Part shown: one piece after another, positions 52,701 through 59,390 of the stretch
Position numbering within the stretch: position 1 is the first letter of the stretch
How the letters are laid out: every line of letters starts with the position of its first letter
Assembly: GCA_037379345.1 (NCBI GenBank)
Contig: CM074525.1
Coordinates: 24,855,840 to 24,919,839 of the forward strand
Direction: 5' to 3'
From: Perna viridis
Taxonomy: Eukaryota
Length of the DNA: 64,000 nt
Notes under the pieces: model-generated
What the model saw: only the letters and a program-made list of their open reading frames with translations
Told to the model about the DNA's origin: nothing
Database searches by the model: none
Made by a program: the position numbers and the translations under genes

Positions 52701-55341
52701 ATCCCAACTCATATATAAAATAACAGTAAAGATAAGCAATAATATTGTATATTTACCAGGATTTGTAGATAAAATAAACTTTAGACAACTGTTTATTGCT
52801 ATCAAAGATGATTCATGTGAAAATTTATTCATTTTTTTTTTGTTAAATAATATTTGGAGCACATAATATTACATGTAATTTTCTATTTTCAGAGCGAAAC
52901 CTGAACCCGAAGGCTGCTTGTCTGAAGCGTCGAGAGGAAGAAAAGGGAGATGAGCTCCCAGGGGGGCGGGGCATGAGTGCAGACGAACTGGCTGCTGCAC
53001 AACAGATGGCAGGTAAGGTACGCAACTTGTTGCTACCTTTATTGTCAGAAGATCTAGATATGGACTGCTAGCAGGTAAATCACATGATTATCATGTGATC
53101 ACTAGTCATGTGACTTAAGATGAGGGTTGGTGTAAGTCCAAAGGGAATTATTTATATCTTTTGGCATAATCTGTTGATATTGGGAAAATAACTGTTGAGA
53201 ACTTATTCAAAATTAAGTTATCATTTAATCCTTTAGTAAGTACTTGGAATTTCTAATTGTCTTGAGTTTCATTCTTCTTAATTTGTTTGCAATGATTAGA
53301 AATATTGTCTGAACAACTTTGTCCTGATAGACATGAAAACTGTTCTTGAAATATTTGATTTATCTTAGTAACTTGCGTGTCTTTAGCTGTAAAGCTTACA
53401 AAGACCCTTATCTAATTGTTGTATTTCTTCTTTATCTTTGGTATAGGTTTCTCTCTGACTGCTAGCATGTCATATCTCCTACTTTATCTCGCTAGTTCTA
53501 CATGATTAACGATTCTCCATAATTTTGTTGAACAGATTTTCTTATTGTTAGCCTAATAGAATCAAATTTACCAGTTGTTTAAGTACATAACATGCAGATA
53601 TATAGTTTTCACATTGTGTAGTTTCAGTTCCTTTTGTCATGACCAAGTAACACCTAAAGCAGAAAAAAAATCACAAGGAGCCTGATAGGGCAAGATGTGA
53701 TGTTCTGTAGAGATGTTTAACACTGGTGTTATTCTATTTAATAGGGTCATAACAGTTGTTTTGATGTAACATCATTAGAAATTGCAGCTTGTTTTAGTTT
53801 CAAATCGGTAGCTTGAGATATAGAGAGAAAAAAAATCAGGCTGAACAAACATTGTAAAAAACGATAATAGTTGTAGATTAATTGCATTATGGTCAAAGTT
53901 ACTGAATATTAGGAGTTTTGTATAAACTGATTTTCTTAAAATATTTTACACAGAAGATTGTCAAAAATGTCTTGAAACATAGGACTGTATGTTACAAGGG
54001 GTCAAATGTATAATTTGTTGATGGAGAGGAGCCTGTAACTTTATCATATCTTTGCCTGTAAATTTTCTATCACACTTGTTCTTGTTCTTGCACTTTTTAC
54101 AGCATGTTTAATTATGGCTTATAATAAGTTTGATCATTATTGACCTATTGAACCATATCTTTATCATTACCTCAAGTGACCCTATTTTAGGGTTTTCCAG
54201 ATTGTGACATATGTTATAATGTTGTTTGTTGATTTACTTATTAAATTTTGAATTAAAAAATTAAGGAGGTAGACCTAGTGTAAGGGACATAACTCTTGAA
54301 ATCAGTGATATGTTTGTATTGTATTCAACTTCTTCAAAGCCTTTCAAGCTTTCCTTTGACACATAATGAAATCAGTCAAAATTACTTTGATGCTTACATG
54401 ATGTGGATGTAAAATGCTGAATACAAACATTTCAGTGATTTGTAAAAGTTGTGTCCCTTACCTCAGGTCTACCGCCTTAAATTATAAGGAAGGATTGTAA
54501 TCTTTGTCTATTCTATTTATAGTAACCTAAACGCATGTGGTGCACAATTGAAAATAATATGCTGTAGGCATTGTTTAGTGTGCACCACATGATTTAGGTT
54601 ATTTCTTCATGGACTGCAAAAATATTTCAATCATTCTTTAGGTTTTACAGTGGCACATTTGTTGTGTTTCACCATAATAAAGCACAGATTTGGGAGAAAA
54701 AAAAACAACTTTGACAAATTGTCGATGATTTTAAGAAAGAGATATAATATCGTTATGAATCAAAATTTTAACTAATATTCGGAATGTAAAAATTGGAATT
54801 CTATAGCATCTGTAGTAAACTGTCAGAAATTCAAATACAATGTAACTTTGTAAAACTCTCAAAATCAAAATTTCCATGGTTTAATACACATTTGTTGTGT
54901 ATGATAATTTGAGTTTACTTTGGGACATAAATAGCATATGATTTCATACAAATGATGATCATTTGTTACATCCATCCATAAAACTAAATGTGCATATAAT
55001 TTGAGTTAACTTACTATTTTTAGTGATGTATGATGTAGAACTAACAAAGATTTTCTGTTACAGCGAGTCCGTCCATTGGGAACAGAGTAGGAACAATGCA
55101 TGGCAATTATTCTTATATGTCAGGACAGGAAAACAACCCGCTGTCTATATCAGATAAATACGGGGATGTTAAATACGATTGTCGTGAAAGTCCTTCCAAA
55201 TCTGTCATGGACGGCCAACAGACTTTACCCACAATGCATCATAACATGTATGGGATGATGCAGGACCAATGTGGACCAGACATATCGTGTCTAGCTCAGA
55301 GCATGTCGACAGACTCACAGCACGAATCGAACAACTGCTAG
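1833..55341 (+). CDS. TCF12: E-protein, class I bHLH transcription factor (daughterless / TCF3-TCF4-TCF12 co-ortholog); spliced, 5'-partial gene span
   Basis: Exons with AG/GT boundaries join in phase. They give E-protein hallmarks in the expected order: [60 protein letters not shown] (AD2), [29 protein letters not shown]..[40 protein letters not shown]. The symbol is nominal: invertebrates typically have one gene co-orthologous to TCF3/4/12. Confidence 0.97.
2215..2742 (-). mobile_element. 3' fragment of a Penelope-like retroelement (RT C-terminus plus 3' untranslated tail), decayed
   Basis: Minus strand reads [45 protein letters not shown]...[27 protein letters not shown], the typical PLE RT C-terminal motif, followed by GCTTACCCTTCCGGTGCACCTGGTCCATGCTCCC. 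Confidence 0.85.
2978..3038 (+). CDS. TCF12: E-protein exon B ([20 protein letters not shown]), phase 0-1
   Basis: Acceptor ttctattacag, donor A|gtaagt; phases match both neighbours. Confidence 0.75.
3074..3465. repeat. Minisatellite, 31-bp unit, about 13 copies
   Basis: ggcaatgtcaaggttatgaacaatgtgaaaa repeated. Confidence 0.95.
4048..4079 (+). CDS. TCF12: E-protein exon C ([11 protein letters not shown]), 32 nt, phase 1-0
   Basis: Long pyrimidine tract plus tag acceptor; donor CAG|gtaaga; bridges phase 1 to phase 0 as required. Confidence 0.75.
4550..5445. repeat. Minisatellite, 84-bp unit, about 10.5 copies
   Basis: gtgcatgatacatgaagggacttatttctctatcccaccattccagc... period 84; explains the 249-aa repetitive minus-strand ORF. 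Confidence 0.97.
7600..8430. repeat. Degenerate minisatellite, about 29-bp unit, about 28 copies
   Basis: gaatcattctccacttgccttgtgcttta-like units with alternating variants. Confidence 0.9.
9290..9636. repeat. Minisatellite, 51-bp unit, about 7 copies
   Basis: gtgtcctattgtactgtctttcaccaagaataggtacatgtgtgtatgtga repeated. Confidence 0.96.
10125..10525. repeat. G-rich minisatellite, 62-bp unit, about 6.5 copies
   Basis: gttagatgtgatttgaatgctggctggggagggtctggtatgtttctgagggtgagtaaggt repeated. Confidence 0.96.
11401..11476 (+). CDS. TCF12: E-protein exon D ([25 protein letters not shown]); donor after 11455 (GT) or 11476 (GC), both phase 1
   Basis: Strong T-tract cag acceptor. SPNTLSP resembles TCF4 SPGTLSP. 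Two in-phase donors: GAG|gtaaag and GAG|gcatgt. Confidence 0.8.
12205..12352. repeat. Minisatellite, 33-bp unit, about 4 copies
   Basis: ttagtttttgtgggaatccaaatggctagtgct repeated. Confidence 0.9.
13307..13350 (+). CDS. TCF12: E-protein exon E ([15 protein letters not shown]; NLS-like), phase 1-0
   Basis: Acceptor tatttacag, donor AAG|gtaagt. Corresponds to the RRRP...KKVRK bipartite NLS region of TCF4. Confidence 0.85.
16044..16097 (+). CDS. Candidate alternative first coding exon ([18 protein letters not shown]), phase 0
   Basis: ATG in GTTATGG context with an upstream in-frame TAA (16032). Donor CAG|gtatgc is in phase with exon F. No transcript evidence. Confidence 0.5.
16855..17003. repeat. 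Minisatellite, 30-bp unit, 5 copies
   Basis: agatttaacaagtgtgtgtaacttgttccg repeated. Confidence 0.92.
18483..18662. repeat. Minisatellite, 35-bp unit, 5 copies
   Basis: ggctagttgaatcctatacagtcctctgctgtttg repeated. Confidence 0.92.
19230..19816. repeat. Old, highly degenerate C-rich tandem repeat (about 55-65 bp)
   Basis: Recurring gtctatttaa(a)gccc.tcc and aaaatgtctgtccc motifs. Confidence 0.6.
21365..21563. repeat. Minisatellite, about 38-bp unit, 5 copies
   Basis: ttctattcaatccctgatatatatgacagatatagttc repeated. Confidence 0.93.
24700..25380. repeat. Degenerate tandem repeat
   Basis: Recurring cctgtctc...gtg(c/t)atgtc..aaccaaaacat motifs. Confidence 0.6.
25522..26009. repeat. Minisatellite with alternating 35/36-bp units (71-bp dimer), about 14 units
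   Basis: acagaagtgatggggatacattgccagcttggtat alternates with acggaagtaatttgggatacattgccaggttgctat. Confidence 0.95.
27093..27196. promoter_or_regulatory. Cluster of four CAGGTG/CACCTG E-boxes (candidate intronic enhancer)
   Basis: Sites at 27093, 27112, 27147 and 27191, plus two TACCTG and one TAATTA, in non-repetitive sequence. Confidence 0.4.
28195..28372. repeat. Minisatellite, about 26-bp unit, about 7 copies
   Basis: aaaacttcacttgccttggatgtcct repeated. Confidence 0.88.
28545..28641 (+). CDS. TCF12: E-protein exon F ([32 protein letters not shown]), phase 0-1
   Basis: Acceptor aatttcag, donor G|gtaggt. Homologous to TCF4 [23 protein letters not shown]. Confidence 0.93.
29413..29540 (+). 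CDS. TCF12: E-protein exon G ([16 protein letters not shown]...YSNMHHEM), phase 1-0
   Basis: Acceptor ttttgttccag, donor ATG|gtaagt; PW motif as in TCF4 SSDPWSS. Confidence 0.9.
30503..30668 (+). mobile_element. Second copy (3' tail only) of the Penelope-like element, opposite orientation
   Basis: gaaaagcagagaatgcttacccc..ggtgcacctggtccatgctcccagtt...gtctggtcttt.tcc.tgga.tacattctttt matches the reverse complement of about 2223-2395. Confidence 0.8.
30819..30954. repeat. Perfect minisatellite, 33-bp unit, 4 copies
   Basis: acaaccctggttagaccaatggtaatgtaccta repeated exactly. Confidence 0.97.
32186..32500. repeat. Minisatellite, 59-bp unit, about 5 copies
   Basis: ctataaaatccttattatggcaaggttggaaagtcaggctgaactcccaccaggttcaa repeated. 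Confidence 0.94.
33197..33385 (+). CDS. TCF12: E-protein exon H (GQYPSQ...LPPMSSFR...[14 protein letters not shown]), phase 0-0
   Basis: Near-identical conserved motifs; acceptor ttacttacag, donor TCT|gtaagt; 189 nt. Confidence 0.96.
33765..33964. mobile_element. About 200-bp MITE, TA-flanked (TACTGTGAA...TTCACAGTA), probably Tc1/mariner-type; related copies near 10770-10956, 11720-11840, 43290-43326 and 44024-44228
   Basis: Terminal inverted repeats plus subterminal taccaattttc.tgg / cca.gaaaa.tggtac inverted motifs recur across the window. Confidence 0.75.
34351..34432 (+). CDS. TCF12: E-protein exon I ([27 protein letters not shown]), phase 0-1
   Basis: Matches TCF4 [25 protein letters not shown]; canonical splice sites. 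Confidence 0.95.
34396..34563 (+). repeat. Exon I 3'-end/donor-derived tandem repeat, about 44 bp, about 4 copies
   Basis: aattctacacctgtgtct(t)caccgcctccattagcag|gtaagctt is re-copied downstream of the exon. Confidence 0.85.
34837..34916 (+). CDS. TCF12: E-protein exon J ([27 protein letters not shown]), phase 1-0
   Basis: Matches TCF4 W.R..GQ..SSPNYEGPLHSL; canonical splice sites. Confidence 0.93.
35872..35937 (+). CDS. TCF12: Cassette exon K, duplicate AD2 helix ([22 protein letters not shown]), phase 0-0
   Basis: Perfect TACTAAC branch point at 35845-35851, CAGCAG tandem acceptor, donor GAG|gtaaaa; 66 nt, open and clearly paralogous to exon L. Confidence 0.85.
37278..38200. repeat. Minisatellite, about 45-47-bp unit, about 20 copies
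   Basis: tatacctctcaataagtaccaatcaaaagtcatcaatgtcctctt repeated; lies between exons K and L. Confidence 0.95.
38503..38649 (+). CDS. TCF12: E-protein exon L ([19 protein letters not shown]...NTIEAL; AD2), phase 0-0
   Basis: AD2 core motif; acceptor tttttcag, donor TTG|gtaaga. Confidence 0.96.
38643..39359 (+). repeat. Exon L donor-containing minisatellite, 66-bp unit, about 11 copies
   Basis: ggccttg|gtaagaacgatctgttgtcatggacaccatatatatgcttcactattgacatgtaaaat; the first copy starts inside exon L. Confidence 0.96.
41992..42055 (+). CDS. TCF12: E-protein exon M ([21 protein letters not shown]), phase 0-1
   Basis: T-tract gcag acceptor, donor A|gtaagt; phase-consistent. Confidence 0.8.
42305..43043 (+). 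mobile_element. Helentron-associated (HINE/DINE-like) non-autonomous element with internal ~169-bp duplication
   Basis: tttttatacccc..caaa 5' end, (gtct)n stretch, duplicated internal unit at about 42511 and 42680, ctagtt 3' end. Confidence 0.55.
43416..43536 (+). CDS. TCF12: E-protein exon N (IHTLEQ...[18 protein letters not shown]), phase 1-2
   Basis: Acceptor aatttcag, donor CG|gtaagt; charged linker ending in RSR, as before the bHLH of TCF4. Confidence 0.87.
43489..43934 (+). repeat. Exon N 3'-end/donor-derived minisatellite, about 55-bp unit, about 8 copies
   Basis: ggactcagaaactgcttcagtcaaaccccctcctactaaaagatctcg|gtaagta; the first copy is the coding exon end. Confidence 0.95.
44333..44386 (+). 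CDS. TCF12: E-protein exon O ([17 protein letters not shown]), symmetric 54-nt phase 2-2, possibly a cassette
   Basis: Acceptor attgacag, donor TC|gtaagt; open in the required frame. Confidence 0.65.
45088..45401. mobile_element. About 310-bp MITE-like element with 14-bp TIR
   Basis: gtaaggatcaggca ... tgcctgatctttac (1 mismatch). Confidence 0.6.
45402..47010. repeat. Compound satellite: aaaaacttaacctgatctctctgtcagaaaattcacctg+(ct)n, about 27 units
   Basis: Fixed core with variable (CT)n tracts. Confidence 0.97.
47450..47533 (+). CDS. TCF12: Basic-region exon P1 ([28 protein letters not shown]), phase 2-2
   Basis: Acceptor ttatttcaacag, donor AG|gtttgt; intact E-protein basic region. Confidence 0.92.
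48417..48503 (+). CDS. TCF12: Basic-region exon P2 ([29 protein letters not shown]), phase 2-2
   Basis: Acceptor tttcattggcag, donor AG|gtttgt; canonical [10 protein letters not shown]. Not in the ORF track on the + strand. Confidence 0.93.
49407..49556. repeat. Minisatellite, 30-bp unit, 5 copies
   Basis: cagtccctgaaactatccatgcaactttta repeated. Confidence 0.92.
50387..50532 (+). CDS. TCF12: HLH exon Q ([48 protein letters not shown]), phase 2-1
   Basis: Unmistakable E-protein helix-loop-helix; acceptor tatttacag, donor G|gttagt. Confidence 0.97.
50465..52331 (+). repeat. HLH helix-2 exon end/donor-derived minisatellite, about 75-bp unit, about 25 copies
   Basis: cttactaaaatgatggttttacagcaggggtaaaatgtgattatatcactagaacatcaggtcaggg|gttagtaa; the first copy is the end of exon Q. 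Confidence 0.97.
52893..53012 (+). CDS. TCF12: C-domain exon R ([40 protein letters not shown]), phase 1-1
   Basis: Invariant class A C-domain; acceptor ctattttcag, donor CAG|gtaagg. Confidence 0.97.
54265..54476. mobile_element. 212-bp MITE with TTAA target duplication and GG...CC ends (Kolobok-like)
   Basis: ttaa-GGAGGTAGACCTagtGTAAGGGACAtAACT...AGTTgTGTCCCTTACctcAGGTCTACCgCC-ttaa; about 55-bp imperfect TIR. Confidence 0.85.
55064..55341 (+). CDS. TCF12: Terminal coding exon S ([18 protein letters not shown]...SQHESNNC*)
   Basis: AACTAAC branch-like motif plus ttttctgttacag acceptor, in phase with exon R; contains ORF 55096-55341; GC content is raised relative to the introns. Confidence 0.8.
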
Positions 55342-55950
55342 CGTCACATTTAGTGGTTGTGCTGGTGGGTGTCTGACTGACCATAAAGATTAACTGATGC
55401 ACTGGGCCTGGGCTTTCTTGTTATACTGCTAACATCAGCCAGTCTGTTGCTATGGCAATATCATTGTGGGTCACATGTTCAGCATCTGAAGTTGTACATT
55501 ATTTTGTTACTATTTTGTTGAAATAGACTATTGTTGCCATTAGGATCTGTTAGAGAATCTCAATTTTGAATTTCCCATGTCATATTTTCACATTGTGTAG
55601 TTTCCGTTCCTTTTGTCATGACCAAGTAACACCATTATTCATCCTTGACCAAAATTGTTTATTGCCAAAATCAACTTTTTGCCAAGCAAATCATTTTAAT
55701 GTAACATGCGAATTTAAGCAATAGATGGAAACTGGATTCAAAATTTAGATTCACTTTACATGGAGTGTGAGGGTTGAATATTCAAGATTAATCATATCCT
55801 TTGTTACTATTGATTAATCATGTTTATCAAATATTTAAATAATCATGTTTATCCAATTAGATAATCATGTTTAAGGTGTCACAGACTGATTAATCATGTT
55901 CATTAAGTTCAAAGGTTAAATGTTTATGGATCTGTGTTATACACTGATGC

Positions 55951-55956
55951 AATAAA
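55951..55956 (+). terminator. Candidate polyadenylation signal AATAAA
   Basis: About 610 nt after the stop and followed by GT/T-rich sequence. Later AATAAA sites (e.g. 56408) are also possible. Confidence 0.35.
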
Positions 55957-58900
55957 ATTGTGTTTATATTTTTGTTACTAATGATGGTTGTAACTTTAAG
56001 TGCTTATTTGTGAATTATTTAATTAAGTTTTTGTAATATATCTTTAGATTTTTATAGGATTATGAAGGCACTGTCTATTGATTGTGTGTGTATGAGTGAA
56101 GTCAGAAATAATCATCCATTTCACAAAAAAGTTGTAAGTGAAGTGGTGTCAGCCAGATTTTTATGAATGTCCCACTACTATGACATACATGTAATATTTC
56201 TACTACACAGACGTCTTTTTTTATATTTTTGGCCTACTGATTCTACCTCTGGTACATTTTTACAAAATGATAATTTTGATTCCTGTAATAGAATGTGGGC
56301 AGAAGTAGAATTTGATATCAGTGCCTAGAACTTGACAATTATTTTACACTGACCACATTTTGTGGAATTGATCCTCTCTGAAAACAGCCTTTATTACTGG
56401 AATGGTAAATAAAAGCTTAAGTGTTTGATAGAATTAAATTTACAGATTTATATATACTTTCTTATTTCAGTGATAAAATACACAATTACTATGTCATAAT
56501 CTCATATAAATGAAGTACAGTACAGCCCATGCTGATCTTGTCATTTTCACTGGTCTTTTGTGCATTACTATCAGATAACTGGCATCGTTATAAGACTTAT
56601 GTGCACACAAGTCCTTTTGGTTTGTTAAGGATTGTACGCAAGTCTTAAGAGTGCATTTTAAAACCATGCCCAGATCCCTGTAAACTTAGCCAGGCTGATT
56701 ATTCAACTTTATCATGGTAGCAGAATAAGGATGGACATTTTTTGCTAGAAATTTAAGGCCCCGTTAATGTCTATGTCAGTTCTTTGTTTATATTCACAGA
56801 TTTTATTGCTTTGGCTTTTTGCCAGTTTGCATGAGAAAATCAGTTCAGTTGAGATTATCTGTATATAACTGAGGTCTTAATATGGTTTTTATAGTCCTTG
56901 TGTGGAAAGTTTAAACAAAAAAAAGAATATAAAGCTTCCTGAACAATTAGTAAAGCATTCACCACGAGGATGAGTGAAAATAACACAAGCTGTAGTGTAT
57001 CTCAGATCCTACCACTTCTATTGAATAACACAAGCTGTAGTGTATCTAAGATCCTACCACTTCTATTGTCAGAATTATGTTACTTTTACATGAAAATGTC
57101 AAGTGTACTGTGAACAACCATATATTTGGTGTAGGGGTTATGAGGGTCAAATTTGTTATAATTGACCACTGACCTTTGTAGAAAAAACATGATTATTCTG
57201 GGTTAAAACCTTTATATTCTAGCCACTTGATACAAGTAAAATGGTTGATCACTGACTGACTATTAATATTTACAGTTATAAATAGGACCACATCACATTA
57301 TCAATTGTTGTTGGATTATGTCTTATTTGTGGAGATCAAATCTCTTAAAAACAGATCTGACCAATCTTTTTTCTCTGTTACCATGACACCTGAATTTCTA
57401 TTAGTTAGAGGGATGATTGTCATGAAAACACCAGGTATGTTAAGTTTTCTCCGTCAATTTTGTCTCCAGAATTTTGTACGGCAGTTACATATTTGCTCAT
57501 TAATTACGTCAGAGAATGTTATTGTCAATAGTGAGTTAGATCCAGTTCTCACTTCATAATACCTCTGTCTTTAGCAATATTCAATCTTGTATAACCAAAT
57601 ATTTTGTGTAGAATTTTTTTTTTTTTTTTTTTCATTTCTCTGCAGAGAATGAGTTAACACTAAAAATTTTAGCAATGAAATTTAGTTTGTACATGATGGA
57701 AACAGCATACTTCAATACCCAAGGACATGGTCTTATCCATAAAAAAATAGCAACTTAGAAAATTTTAGCTAGTTGACTTTAGATATGTTCCAGTTTCCTC
57801 TTTCTACATAACTAGATCACCACTTGACAAAAAAAAATTGTATTTATAGGTTTGAGTTAAACTTGCTCAGGGTCAGATAGTTGAAATTTATTAATATCGG
57901 TTTTAATAAGGTCATGATCAATGGTTGAAATGTTGCATGCTTTCTCATCCAATAGATTAGCAAAAAAAACTTCTTTACTACTTGAGTCTAAGTAACATTC
58001 ATTGAAGTGACCTTGACTTCCTCTCTAGGACCTAATACATTTTAAATTTAAACAAAGTTGTTCCATCGGAGAATATTTAATCAGAGAAAATTAAGGATTC
58101 CTCCAGCTATGTAGGTCAGTTATTACTATGGTAAAACCATTATTGACAAGAATGTTCCTGCGAGTAACTAAATGGTGGTGTTCATCTTCAGTTGTGTATA
58201 TACATCAACTACTACATTGTACATATTCCATGCATGTGTGTATGTGTGTGTGTGTGTGGTATTTCACAATAGCATGTATGTTGATTTGGAGAAAAATGAA
58301 CTATTGACTTCTTCCTTCAAGTTTTAAGTCGATTTGGATTTTCAAATGGAACCTGAACTTAAATTGAAATGAAATTTTTATTTTCTTATTTATTGCAAGT
58401 ACGTCAATGTTCACATTGTGATAGAATGATTTATTGATGATTTATAGGTGGATCCAGGGTCAGGGGTTCCAGGATTGAAACCTTCAAATTTTGGAAAAAT
58501 TTGGGCAAAAATAAATCCTGGAATACCCTTTTTTTTCAAATCTGTGGATCTGCCTTCGGTGGTTTATTATTATAATAATTAATTACAAACTAAATTAAGA
58601 TTGGTATGAATGTTAATGAAAAGTTCATAGAAGTGAATGTATTCGTTTTTTAATCATGTACAAATTGTTTTAAATATTATTGTTTTCTTGAATTTTTGTC
58701 AAGAGCTGAATTCATTAACTACTAGGCCAAAAAGAAAGGTGCTGATATTTCCTTTGTCCTGTAGAATATTAAAGTCAAACTTCTTTGTTTAGGGGACTAA
58801 GTGTACTGTATTTACATTCTGGCCTCTCTCTGATTAGTCTTTATTTGGGCAATTTAGCCTACTTCTTGATGAGCTTGATTTTATTCTAGAACAAAGTTAT

Positions 58901-59095
58901 CTTCCTTCGTTGTTCAAGATGAGGGGGGGGCCACTATTGAAGCAGAGGGGGACCCTCCTAATACAAATATAGGAACAACTATTGAAGTTCAGTCCAAATT
59001 TTGTTTTCTTAAACTGTTCACAGATTTGGTTAAAGTTTGGTTGTAATTGTAGTCCTGTAAGAATTAAGTACACTGTCAGGCTCACGTGAAACATT

Positions 59096-59390
59096 CTATA
59101 CTGTTATCCTAACCAGTACAAAGAACGCTTTCCTTGGCTCAAGGGGTTTATATTGTTACGCTTTCCTTGGCTCAAGAGGTTTATACTGTTACCCTAATCA
59201 GTACAAAGAACGCTTTCCTTGGCTCAAGGGGTATATACTGTTACCCTAACCAGTACAAAGAACGCTTTCCTTGGCTTTAGAGGTTTATACTGTTATCCTA
59301 ATCAGTACAAAGAATGCTTTCCTTGGCTCAAGGGGTATATACCGTTACCCTAACCAGTACAAAGAATGCTTTCCTTGGCTCAAGGGGTTT
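59096..59390. repeat. Minisatellite, 52-bp unit, about 5.5 copies
   Basis: tatactgttaccctaaccagtacaaagaacgctttccttggctcaaggggt repeated. Confidence 0.93.
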
